This document shows, in pieces, positions 52,425 to 64,000 of a stretch of 64,000 nt of DNA. Made by a program: the position numbers and the translations under genes. This DNA is from Octopus sinensis (Eukaryota): assembly GCF_006345805.1 (NCBI RefSeq), contig NW_021835233.1, forward strand, positions 124,001 to 188,000. The letters run 5' to 3'. Under the pieces are notes generated by a model. It was not told where the DNA came from. It ran no database searches and saw only the letters and a list, made by a program, of their open reading frames with translations. Within the stretch, counting starts at the first letter, position 1, and each line of letters begins with the position of its first letter.

Positions 52425-52610
52425 AACAACAAGCAAGATGAGGACAAATATCCGTCAAATGTAAATAATGTACATAATTCCTCATCTCTTAAATATGAAC
52501 TGTGTTATGTTTATTTCTTACTTATTTAGACCAATCGGATGAAAACAACTTGAATCGTTTATCAATTCCACCTCCCACTTTTTTTTTCCTGTTTTATTTT
52601 TTTTTTGCAG

Positions 52611-52775
52611 ATTATGAAGATATTTGTGAATAACCCGTTTCCAATATTGCTGTTGAAGTTATCTGTCGGAATCCGTTGCGTTGATCTGAGTGCCAGTCGG
52701 ACCAAATTGGCAGCAATTGATGAACAGAACACATGTTTGGTGTATGATCTGAATAACAAAGAACTCTTATTCCAG
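52611..52775 (+). CDS. IFT122: IFT122 internal exon ([55 protein letters not shown])
   Basis: Long T tract plus gcag acceptor, gtgggc donor; 165 nt, phase 0/0. Matches [46 protein letters not shown]. Confidence 0.96.
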
Positions 52776-54447
52776 GTGGGCAATATTGAAATGTTTCCAA
52801 AGCATAATGGACAGGTAATGTTTTGCTTAACGTTTACCAATATTGGAAAGACAAAAGCATAAACGAAGCAACATTCCTGCCATTAAACCCTTATGGGATT
52901 AATTGTTCTATTTTCTCTCTTCTTTCTTTTTCACTGCTGTTTCATTCTTCTGATGTTGAAGTCTGTTACCTTTGGGCATGAAATGAATATTTGGAATGAA
53001 CAACACAAACACCAGCTCACAAGTAAATTTGTTTGATAATCCGAGTAAAACAGTTATTGCAATAGTTTTGGATTAGAACAAAAGGTTAATCTGCCATAGC
53101 TGTTTCTGTAATGAGGCTGTGCATGGACTTCTGATGGTCACAAATTGGAGTGGCTGTGTGGTAAGTAGCTTGCTTACCAACCACGTGGTTCTGGGTTCAG
53201 TCCCACTGCATGGTACCTTGGGCAACTGTCTTCTACTATAGCCTCAGGCCAACCAAAGCCTTGTGAGTGGATTTAGTAGAAGGAAACTGAAAGAAGCCTG
53301 TATATATGTATGTATGCATCATCATCATCATCATCATCATTTAGCATCCGTTTTCCATGCTAGCATGGGTTGGACGGTTCAACTGGGGTCTGTGAAGCCA
53401 GAAGGCTGCATCAAGCCCAGTCTGATCTGGCAGTGTTTCTACGGCTAGATGCCCTTCCTAACGCCAACCACTCCGCGAGTGTAGTGGGTGCTTTTTACGT
53501 GCCACCCGCACAGGTGCCAGACGGTGCTGGAAAACGGCCACAAACAGATGGTGCTTTTACGTGCCACTGGCACGGGGGCCAGGCGAGACTGGCAACGGCC
53601 ACGAACGGATGGTGCTTTTATGTGCCACCGGCACGGGGTCCAGGCAAGGCTGGCAATGGACACGAACGGATGGTGCTTTTACATGCCACTGGCACGGAGG
53701 CCAGTCGGGGAGGCGCTGGCAACGGCCACGAATGGATGGTGCTTTTTACATGCCACCGGTACGGAGGCCAGTCGGGGCAGCGCTGGCAACGGCCACAATC
53801 GGATGGTTCGCTTACTTGTCACTGGCACTGGTATCACAGCCGCAATTTCCATTGATGTTAACATATATATACATATATATATATATGTGTGTATGTATAT
53901 ATATATATATATATATATGTAGGAGAGGAAAAATTATAATAAGGCAGAATGCTAAATTGAAAGTAAATTTTAATAAAAATAGGCGTATGAAAAATCAAAA
54001 AAGAAAAAATAATAAATCAAAACGGCCTACATTGCAAGGCAAATTTTTAAGATTTGGAAGGGACAAAAATTTTTTTGTAAATTGAGGAAGTGGAAAAAGA
54101 AATTTACAATGTTTTTTCAAAAGGTAATAATACATATATAGAAAAATTAATAAATAAGTATAGCAATACATTGTAGAGTCTTTATGCTTTTAGAGTTCAA
54201 TAATAGTCCTTGGAAAAACTTCTTTGGAGGATTAGGATGCATGTGGTTAAGTGTAGTGTATATTTTGAATGAGTGAGGTGATTGTGTGTCTAAACTGGAA
54301 ATAGGGTAGGAGTTATCCAGTTCCTGTGAGTAAGGGGATACAATTCTGTGGATTTTATGCTCCTTCATTGGAATCATGGATTTTTTGTCAAACAGGATGC
54401 TTATATCAATTTTTTGTGAGATAGGATGCTAAAAAAAGGAGTATGGT

Positions 54448-55315
54448 CACCGTGGAGTTTGGATATTAAGACGCATTTGGAATTTTTCAATAAAAAGCTT
54501 CTCCTTGTTGATTATTTCTTGTGTAGAGATTCTGTCTTTACATTAGTAGAAAAGGAATATGTGAAATTTGGGATTTTTATCTTTAGTGCAAGTGTCTATG
54601 TGGCTACGGAGTAGAATTTGACGGTATTGTGGGATATTCATCTGTTCTTTATGGACTGTTACTCTTTTGTGTAAAGGAAGGCTCGTTTGTCCAACATAAT
54701 TGTGTTGGCAGCCGGGGCATGTGAGAATGTAGATGAGGTTCTCGAAGGAACAGGAGAAGTTGGTCTTGATTTTAAACTTTGTTCCTTGTTTGAAAGTAAA
54801 TTCAGAGCCTTCAAGTAGGAAGGGGCAGGTACCACAGTTAGGGTGTGCACATTTTTTAACTGATGGGGGTGGATGTGGTGTGTGAAGTTTGGCATTTGTT
54901 AAGAGTTTTTTCAAAGATTTATGTTGCCTTTTGCATTTAAGGATTTTAAGTGTATTGATAATATTATTCATTTTTGGGTCTGTGGACAGTAAGGGGAGGT
55001 TTTGTATGATTGTGGTGTATGCTTCGATGTTTTTGGGGTTGTGGGTGGAAATGTATGGAAGTATTTTGAGGTTGGGTGTGTTACTGTGTTGGGTGGGTTT
55101 CAGTGTATTATTGTCTAGTTCTTTGGCATGTTTTATTCCATGGTCTATTAGTGCGGAGGGATATTGGCGTTGTAATAGTGTTTTTTTTTGAGGTCTTGAA
55201 GGTGTATTTCTCGAGTTTTTGGATTCGAGACAATGGTGCAAATCCTTTTAGCTAAGTTGAAAGGGATATTTATCTTGGTGTGTTTTGGGTGGCATGAGCT
55301 AAAGAGGAGGTATTG
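54448..55315 (-). mobile_element. Penelope-like element remnant: RT thumb, Cys-rich linker and GIY-YIG endonuclease
   Basis: QYLLFSSCHPKHTKINIPFNLAKRICTIVS, frameshift, LLQRQYPSALIDHGI...KKCAHPNCGTCP...NLIYILTCPGCQHNYVGQT...LHKRVTVH, one premature TAA at 54543, then KEKLFIEKFQMRLN. The 5' side is cut by a SINE cluster. Confidence 0.9.
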
Positions 55316-55319
55316 GTAT

Positions 55320-55866
55320 TGGTACGCAACTGGTACTTAATTTATTGTCCCTGAAAGGATGAAAGGCAAAGTCAACCTTGGCGGAATTTGAACTCAGAAC
55401 GTAAAGACAGAGGAAATACTGCTAAGCATTTTGCCCACTGTGCTAATGTTTCTTATTTCTCTTACTGCCCACAAGGGGCTACACACAGAAGGGACAAACA
55501 ACGACAGACAAAGGGATTAAGTCGATTATATCGACCCCAGTTTGTAACTGGTACGTATTTAATCGACCCCGAAAAGATGAAAGGCAAAGTTGACCTTGAC
55601 GGAATTTGAACTCAGAACATAAAGACAGACGAAATACCTATTTCTTTACAACCCACAAGAGTCTAAACACAGACAGGACAAACAAGGACAGACAAATGGA
55701 TTAAGTCGATTATATTGACCCCAGTGCGTAACTGGTACTTATTTAATCGACCCGAAAAGGATGAAAGGCAAAGTCGACCTCGACGAAATTTGAACTGAGA
55801 ACGTAATGGCAGACGAAATATGGCTACGCATTTCGCCCAGCATGCTAACGATTCTGCCAGTTCGCT
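55320..55866 (-). mobile_element. Three tandem copies of the same Deu/Nin-like SINE
   Basis: Repeated aaggatgaaaggcaaagtcgacc...gaatttgaactcagaac blocks; gaaatac|ctatttc junction at 55637/55638. Confidence 0.85.
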
Positions 55867-56637
55867 GCCTTCCATTTACAAGATTATTCAAGATTATTAT
55901 TGTATATGTTGCTGTATAAGAGAATATCTGAAACAATAAACAGAATAAATTGCTGAAACAATGGACCATGTTTGACACCGCATATAGAATTTGAACTTTG
56001 AAATTTGGAAATAGGAAAATATCTCGTTGAGCATAAGACCAAATCTGAATGAAATGTAATATTTGGAACAATGTGCTGCCTTATCCTAGGGAATTCTTCC
56101 TTAGGTGGTTGCATGAACTATGCTGGAAGCCATTAGCTGGAATAAACATTATTTTACGAAATGTCTTTCAGAAAAAGATAAAATATAATTTATGAAGTGT
56201 TGCAAAGAAAATACATATCTGTCATGTTTTCTGTGTAAAAACCTCATTTTGGGGAAGAATAAAATTTATGACATCTGAAATGGCTAGGACGATATGGAAG
56301 TAAATATTTTGAGAGAGAAATCTTTCACAGTTGACTTGAATGTGAGTCGCTTTTTTTTAATGTCAACGTATATGATGTGTACATGTGTGTGTGTGTGTGT
56401 GGTGTGTGTGTGTGTGTGTGTGTGTCTGTGTGTGTGTACACACATACATGCATATATATATGTGGATATGTATATACATATATGTGTATATATACATATA
56501 TAAATATATATATATATATCATCATCATCATCATGATATATATATATACACATATTTTTGTATATATACATATGTATACACACACACATATATACATATA
56601 CAATAATACATACATGCATACAAACATACACACATAC

Positions 56638-56669
<32 letters not shown>

Positions 56670-57059
56670 GTATACTTATTTTTGTGTATATAATATATAT
56701 GTATACTTATTTTTGTGTATATATACATGTATACACACATACATATATACATATATACATACCTATATATATATATACATATATATATACTTATTTTTGT
56801 GTATATATATATATATGTATACACACACACATATATATACATATATACATGCCTATACATATATATATATATATCTACACACTCACACACATACATATAT
56901 ATAAATGTATGTATGTTATACATATGTATATTTGTGTCACTGCTGCATAAGTGACTTTTGTTTTAATCCTTTCGAGTCCCCTAGTAATATATCTCAAAAT
57001 AATGTCTCAAGCATTCTTTTGAAACTACCATTTTTATTTTTTTTTCCCACTTTGAACAG

Positions 57060-57179
57060 GAACCAGCTGCAAATAGTGTTGCCTGGAACACAGAATATGA
57101 AGATATGTTATGTTTCTCTGGGAATGGCTATCTAAATATCAAAGCCAGCAACTTCCCTGTTCACCAACAGAAGTTAAAC
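57060..57179 (+). CDS. IFT122: IFT122 internal exon ([40 protein letters not shown])
   Basis: aacag acceptor and gtaaat donor; 120 nt, phase 0/0. Matches [40 protein letters not shown]. Confidence 0.97.
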
Positions 57180-57456
57180 GTAAATATTTCTGCACATTTT
57201 TTTCTTTTCAATTTTGATATTTTGTGTATTGTTTTGTTCCTTTATTTGTTTCAGCTGTTATACTGTGGCCATGCTGGGGCACCGCCTTGAGGGATTTCTA
57301 TTTGAATGAATCAAACCCAATACTTTTCTGAAAGCCTAGTACTTATTCTGTCAGTCTTTATTGCCAAACCACTAAGTTACAAGGATGTACACACTACTGT
57401 AGGTTGTCAACCAGTGATGGGGGACAAAGAGATACACACATACAAACATGATGATG

Positions 57457-57493
<37 letters not shown>

Positions 57494-57617
57494 ATAGGCT
57501 TCTTTCAGTTTCTGTGTACCAAATCCATTCACAAGGCTTTGGTTGGTCTGAGACTCTTGCCCAAGGTGCCACACAGTGGGACTGAACCTTGAACCTTGTA
57601 ATTGAGAAGCAACTTTC

Positions 57618-58535
57618 TTATTTCTTTATGAACCACAAGGGGCTAAACATAGAGGGGACAAACAAGGACGGACAAGTGGATTAAGTCGATGACATCGACC
57701 CCAGTGTGTAACTGGTACTTGATTTATCGACCCCGAAAGGATGAAAGGCAAAGTCGACCTTGGCAGAATTTGAACTTAGAATGTAGCGGCAGGCAAAATA
57801 TCTATTTCTTTACTACCCACAAGGGGCTAAACACAGAGGGGACAGACAAAGGGATTAAGTTGATTACATCGACTCCAGTGCGTAACTGGTACTTAATTTA
57901 TCGACCCCGAAAGGATGAAAGGCAAAGTCGACCTTGGCAGAATTTGAACTTAGAATGTAGCGGCAGGCAAAATACCTATTTCTTTACTACCCACAAGGGG
58001 CTAAACACAGAGGGGACAAACAAGGACAGACAAAGGGATTAAGTTGATTACATCGACTCCAGTGCGTAACTGGTACTTAATTTATTGACCACGAAAGGAT
58101 GAAAGGCAAAGTCGACCTTGGCAGAATTTGAACTTAGAATGTAGCGGCAGGCAAAATACCTATTTCTTTACTACCCACAAGGGGCTAAACACAGAGGGGA
58201 CAAACAAGGACAGACAAAGGGATTAAGTTGATTACATCGACTCCAGTGCGTAACTGGTACTTAATTTATCGACCCCGAAAGGATGAAAGGCAAAGTCGAC
58301 CTTGGCAGAATTTGAACTTAGAATGTAGCGGCAGGCAAAATACCTATTTCTTTACTACCCACAAGGGGCTAAACACAGAGGGGACAGACAAAGGGATTAA
58401 GTTGATTACATCGACTCCAGTGCGTAACTGGTACTTATTTAATCGACCCCGAAAGGATGAAAGGCAAAGTCGACCTCGGCGGAATTTGAACTCAGAACGT
58501 AACGGCAGCCAAAACACCACTAAGCATTTCGCTCG
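57618..58535 (-). mobile_element. Tandem array of five units of a tRNA-derived SINE with a Deu/Nin-like central domain
   Basis: Units start at about 57618, 57802, 57976, 58160 and 58344 (174-184 bp period). Minus strand has a B-box (GTTCAAATTC) followed by GCCTTTCATCCTTTCGGGGTCGATAAATTAAGTACCAG. Confidence 0.85.
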
Positions 58536-59224
58536 CTGCCTTCTTACCACAGAGCCACACCTATGTTGTTGCAGTGATGAAAACATATGATTAAAGGTAT
58601 TGAAGCCTTGATCCTCCTTTGCGTGATCTAAAAGCGATTTGACTGCTACTTCTAGCAAGTGAGGATCCAACTTGCTAATGACAAAGATGATGATAATGAT
58701 CAGAAACAATGGTCACATAATGATAAGTGTTTACATGATGTCATGTCATGTTTAAACAAGGAAACCAAACCAATCAGAGAACTTTCAGACTATTGATATT
58801 CCTTGGAAGCGATCAGTGTAGCATCAAATCTCTTAATACATCTTGAACTGTCTTTAAGACTCTAGACTACTTAGCTTTTAATCCTAAATCTTACAACAGC
58901 ATGTCTCGTAATAAAGTTAAGATTGTGATGTCTAGAAACAACAACAAAACGATTCGTTTGATTCTTTTAATTAGTTGCTCGAGGTGCGCTCGAGCAGAAC
59001 TCACCGATGTCACTCTAACAAGAAGAACAGCGATAGCCATCGAAGATGTCATAGTTTAATTCTCCGTTCCATCCTAGATTTCTTCACAAAGATACACGAT
59101 CATGCTGAGATGCACACAGCCACACCCTCAGATTACACAAGCACGGATATGAATACACTTATGTACACACATATACACACAAACACGCAACAGTCTGTCT
59201 GTCTGTCTCTCTCTTGCGCTCTGT

Positions 59225-59815
59225 TTGTCTGTCTCTCTCTATTTCTATCTCCCTCTCTCTCTATTGTTCTATCCCTCTCTATTGCTCTGGCCCTCTTTCT
59301 CTATTGCTCTCTCTTTCTCTATTGCTCTCTGTCTCTCTCTATTGTTCTCTATATCTCCCTCTTGCTCTCTCCCTCTCTATATTGCTCTCTCTTTCTCTAT
59401 TGCTCTCTCCCTCTCTATATTGCTCTCTCTCTTTCTCTATTGTTCTCTCACTCTCTCTATTGTTCTCTGTCTCTCTCTATTGCTCTCTCCCTCTCTATAT
59501 TGCTCTCTCTCTTTCTCTATTGCTCTCTGTCTCTCTCTATTGTTCTCTATATCTCCCTCTTGCTCTCTCCCTCTCTATATTGCTCTCTCTTTCTCTATTG
59601 CTCTCTCCCTCTCTATATTGCTCTCTCTCTTTCTCTATTGTTCTCTCACTCTCTCTATTGTTCTCTGTCTCTCTCTATTGCTCTCTCCCTCTCTATATTG
59701 CTCTCTCTCTTTCTCTATTGTTCTCTCACTCTCTCTATTGTTCTCTGTCTCTCCCTATTGCTCTCTCCCTCTCTATATTACTCTCTCTATTGTTCTCTCT
59801 ATTGCTCTCTCTCTC
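59225..59815. repeat. CT-rich minisatellite built on ctctattg, with a ~198-bp higher-order repeat
   Basis: Repeating ctctattg(c/t)tctct units; 66-aa period in the overlying ORFs. Confidence 0.85.
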
Positions 59816-60641
59816 TCTCACATTTTCACTCTCTCTTGCTCTTCCAATCCTTCTTGCTTTCTCTCTTTCTCATTCTTTCACTCTCCCTCTTTTTCCATCA
59901 CTCCACCTCTCTGCCACCTGCTCTTTCTCTTTCCGTCTCTCTCCCCTCCTTTTGACCTCTCTCCCCCATACCATTTCTCTCCACCTCTCCCTTGCCCTCC
60001 CTCCCTCCCCTCCCCTCTATCCTCCCTCCCTCCCCTCCCCTCTATCCTCCCTCCCTCCCTCCTCTCTCTCCACAATTTTCTTTCACTACTCAAGATTTCA
60101 GATTCCACAGACATTTAAGTAATCTTGAAATCAATAAATCAAACAGTCAAATTATTGTCTTCTTCTTCTCTTCCTCCACCTCCACCCTCCCACCACAACC
60201 CTCCCACCCCCACCCTTCCACCCTCCACCTCCACCCTCCATGTTTACAATGACAACAATAACCGCAATGATAAGCTGTCTGCTCAAGTCTCTAACTTTCT
60301 TCTATAACTTTTAACCAAAGTAGACACAACTCTTGTTTATTCTCTGTCTTTTCTGTGGACATTATTCCTTGGTAATCACTCCTGTCACCTTCACTAGATC
60401 TCTCTCTTTCTCTCTGTCTTTCTCTCTCTTTCTTCCTCTCTCTCTCTTCCTCTCTCTCTCCCTCTTTTTTGTCTTCTCTGTTTGAGAAGACAATGGTAGG
60501 CTTGATATCAAATTAGTCTCATGGGGTCTGGCTGGGCAGAAATTTCAGCTTCCTTTTGCTAGCCTCACCTGTGGGGCCCCCTTTGGGGCAATAGGACAAT
60601 CTAGGATTGATGGAATGATAGACTGCTGCAAGTACTAAGCG

Positions 60642-61445
60642 ATGATGATGATGATGACAATCCTCATCATCATTGTCATCATCATCCTCATCATCATAGT
60701 CGTCATTGTCATCATCACCGTCATCATCACCACCATCGTCATCAGCATTGTCGTCGTCGTCATCATCGTTGTCGTCATCACCATCATCATCATCACCATC
60801 GTCATCATCATCGTCATCATTGTCGTCATCACCATTGTCATCATCACCGTCGTCATCATCACTTTCGTCATCACCATTGTCGTCATTATCATCGTCGTCG
60901 TCATCACCGTCATCATCATCATAATTGTTGTCATCATCATCACCATCGTCATCATCATCGTCATCATTGTCGTCATCACCATTGTCGTCATTATCATCGT
61001 CGTCGTCATCACCGTCATCATCATCATAATTGTTGTCATCATCATCACCATCGTCATCATCATCGTCATCATTGTCGTCATCACCATTGTCGTCATTATC
61101 ATCGTCGTCGTCATCACCGTCATCATCATCATAATTGTTGTCATCATCATCACCATCGTCATCATCATCGTCATCATTGTCGTCATCACCATTGTCGTCA
61201 TTATCATCGTCGTCATCATCACCGTCATCATCATCATAATTGTTGTCATCATCATCATCACCATCGTCATCATCATCGTCATCATTGTCGTCATCACCAT
61301 TGTCGTCATTATCATCGTCGTCATCATCACCGTCATCATCATCATAATTGTTGTCATCATCATCACCATCGTCATCATCATCGTCATCATTGTCGTCATC
61401 ACCATTGTCGTCATTATCATCGTCGTCGTCATCACCGTCATCATC
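60642..61445. repeat. (CAT/CGT)n array with a ~105-bp higher-order unit, about 5 copies
   Basis: catcataattgttgtcatcatc recurs regularly; 35-36-aa period in the Asp-rich antisense ORF. Confidence 0.85.
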
Positions 61446-62204
61446 TGTGCACATGTGTGTGTTAGCACTTGTGTGTGTGTGGGGGGCGTATATCTTCTTT
61501 TTCTTTTTACTTGTTTCAGTTACCGGACTCTGGCCATGCTGGTGCTCCGTCTTGCAGAAAGTTTTTTTATTGTTGAACTCATCAACCCCAGTTGCTTCAT
61601 CATCATCATGATGATCATCATTTAATGTCTCCGTTGTCCATGCTGGCATGGGTTGGACAGTTTGACCAGGGCTGGCAAGCTGGAAGGCTGAACCAAACTC
61701 CAGCCTGATTTGGCATGGTTTCTGCGGCTGGATGCCCTTCTTAATGCCAACTACTCTGAGAATGTAATGGGTGCCTTTACATGCCACTGGCACAGGTGCC
61801 ATTTGCATGATATCAGTATCTGCCATGACCGTGATTTTGCTCGGCTTGATGGGTCTTCTTCTCAAGCATGACATAATGTCAAAGGTCTCAGTCGTTGCCT
61901 CCGTGAGGCCCAACGCTTGACAGAAACTAAGTCACTTTGCCTCCATGAGACCCAACACTCAAAAGGAAATCAGCTACTTTGCCTCTGTGAGGCTCAATGC
62001 TCGAAAGGAACATATATGTATATGTCATCAAAGTGAGAGAGAGAGAGAGAGTGGGAGAAACAGGTGTGTTGTGGTAGGGGATATAAGTGGTTACTCTAGT
62101 TGGGAAAGAGTGAAGTTAGTGGTGATGTGTCAGAGCTTATCCTCAGGTAACATTGTCACCATTCAATGTCTATTTTCCAAACTGAAAGAGGCCTGTCATA
62201 TATG

Positions 62205-62235
<31 letters not shown>

Positions 62236-63958
62236 ATATATATATATGTACATATATATGTATGTGTGTGTATAAGTTTATGTGTCTGTGTTTGTCCCCC
62301 AACATCGTATGACAACTGACGCTGGTGTTTTCACATCCCTGTAACTTAGCGGTTCAGCAAATGAGACTGATAGAATAAGTGCTAGGCTTACAAAGAAGAA
62401 GTCCTGGGGTTGATTTGCTCCACTAAAGGCAGTACTCCTGCATGGCCACAGTCAAATGACTGAAACAAATAAAAAAAAAGAAGAAAGAAGTGGCAAGGCA
62501 TTTATAGTTAGAATGCTTTTTATCACAAACCTGTTGTGTGACCAGGGGCTAACCTGGGGTTAAACAACAGCAGTCAAAACAATGATCATTAGAATTATAG
62601 ATAGAAGTATACAGAAAAAGTTTTGTATTCATTTTCTTTATATTACCTTCTTCACTATTCTGAAGGAGCTGTTATCAAGACAGGCTTTGGATAAGTCATA
62701 CTTACCATTTTTCTCAGGAAGGTCATTGTTTATTGTCACATTTTGCTGAGAATTTTTTTATTTTCATTTATTTATCTATTTATTTTATTTTTTTATTTGC
62801 TTGTTTGTTTTGGCTCTCTTTAAAATTTATTGCCCTCATAGTGATTTTCGCTTTTTCACTGCTGCTGCCAGCCGAAGACTATTTTCGTAGTCAGATAAAT
62901 CTTTCAAGAAGAAACTTCTGTCCACAGTTATTGGGTGTGAAAACATTTCTTGTTTTCACAGCTCTCTCTCACCCTGTGATTTATGGCACAGAAGCCACGG
63001 AATGACGGCCTTTGATATATATTGCTTCCTGGGCCTCCGAGAAGCAAATGATGTTGTTCTTGCTGATAAATAAATATATCGATGATTTCTGTGCATTGTG
63101 ACGTCCATGCTTAGAGTTTGAAATACCGTTTTGAAGGTTTATTATGCGCGTTAGGTGTGCAGCCATGAAATGCTCCAATATGAGCAATGTAACAATTGAC
63201 AATATATATCAGCTTCTACGGCAACCACATTGACCTTTTTTGGTTTGCAGATTTGCTTGTGATGTGTGTGTGTGTGTGTGTGTGTGTTTATATGTATGTA
63301 TTTATATATGCGTGTGTGTATATGTGTGTGCATGTGTGTGGGTGTGCATGTGTGTGTGTGTGTGTGTATGTATGTATAAATATGTATGTATATCTATACG
63401 TACATACATATACATGTATATATACGTGTGTATGTGTGTATGTATGTACATATATCTGTACATCGGCATTTGCCATGATAGATTGCTAGGCACTAAACCT
63501 TTTTCTATTTTCTCTCTGTGTTCCTTTTTGTCGAAGAGTGTAGGTGTGTTTACATCCCTGTAATTTAGCAGTTTAGCAAAAGAGACTGATAGAATAAGTA
63601 CTAGGCTTACAAAAAATAAATCCCGGGGTCGATTTGCTGAACTAAAGGCGGTGCTCCAGCATGGCCACAGTCAAATGACTGAAACAAGTAAAAGAGTATT
63701 ACTAGATGTCTTTTCCAGGTGGTACTATTAAGTTAGCTACGGCCTGGGCCAGTGTGGCCAAAACCTATCTAAGAATCTGAGTATACATTTTTATTGACTC
63801 CACTGTATTCTGCATCTCACTCATCTTCACTTTGACTGAAGTTATTCTAGTTTCTTCCACATGTGAACAATATGTCAGATATCCTTATCTTTTATCGGAA
63901 CTTTTTTTTGCATAATATTGTAAAAACAAAAGAAGAATGTTCACCTTTTTGTCTTCAG

Positions 63959-64000
63959 GGATTCGTAGTTGGTTTTTCTGGTTCGAGAATCTTCACTCTT
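63959..64000 (+). CDS. IFT122: IFT122 internal exon, 5' part, runs off the window (GFVVGFSGSRIFTL...)
   Basis: ttttgtcttcag acceptor, phase 0. Matches the expected next segment GFVVGYNGSKIFCL. Confidence 0.93.

Larger units (their letters stand above)
51740..52500. mobile_element. Cluster of a composite element: tRNA-like head, (AAT)n, hammerhead-bearing tail. One inverted tail (about 51740-51932), one 3'-truncated copy (51933-52128), one near-complete copy (52222-52500)
   Basis: Head GGTGTAGTGGTTAAGAGC..GGGCTACTAACCCCAAGATTCCGAGT(T/C)C(G/A)ATT has A/B-box-like motifs. The shared tail AAATACCTTAGGAATGAGAACCCAG...GACACCTGA(T/A)GAAGGCTG...GAGGACAAATATCCGTCAAAT occurs in both orientations. Confidence 0.8.

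Noticed and set aside
58568-58649. C/D-box snoRNA candidate (GTGATGA ... TTGA with a GCAG/CTGC terminal stem)
   Set aside because: The D box is TTGA rather than CTGA, the stem register does not fit a kink-turn well, and I recognise no rRNA/snRNA guide. A snoscan or Infernal search would settle it.
59214-60122. About 300-aa Ser/Leu-rich ORFs in three frames
   Set aside because: CT-rich minisatellite; open in all three frames because of base composition.
60519-61913. 464-aa Asp-rich ORF and overlapping ORFs
   Set aside because: It is an RTE 3' fragment read into a (GAT/GAC)n array; the periodicity comes from DNA duplication.

Overview
Eukaryotic, AT-rich, repeat-dense genomic DNA. The SINE, RTE and microsatellite landscape points to an octopod cephalopod (inference). 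The window is the middle of one large + strand gene, IFT122 (WDR10, IFT-A core subunit). Eight phase-compatible GT-AG coding exons (8385-8579, 15236-15374, 21415-21473, 24877-25020, 44032-44169, 52611-52775, 57060-57179, 63959-64000+) encode the WD40 region from IGRDIKLGYDP to GFVVGFSGSRIFTL; the start and end of the gene lie outside the window. The 3-19 kb introns hold a full-length but disrupted mariner, two decayed Penelope-like (PLE) retroelements, two non-autonomous Helitrons, two piggyBac-type MITEs, many RTE-LINE 3' ends, at least four tRNA-derived SINE families, and large mini/microsatellites that account for almost all long ORFs in the track. The most unusual items are: (1) minimal type-I hammerhead ribozyme motifs in four different repeat families, one attached to a tRNA-like SINE head; (2) a near-full-length U6 snRNA fused to an RTE 3' end; (3) head-to-tail SINE concatemers that reuse one 7-nt junction at several loci; (4) a candidate in-frame 12-nt microexon of IFT122; (5) a perfect 69-bp fold-back hairpin. 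Homology calls rest on recalled family motifs, not on database searches.
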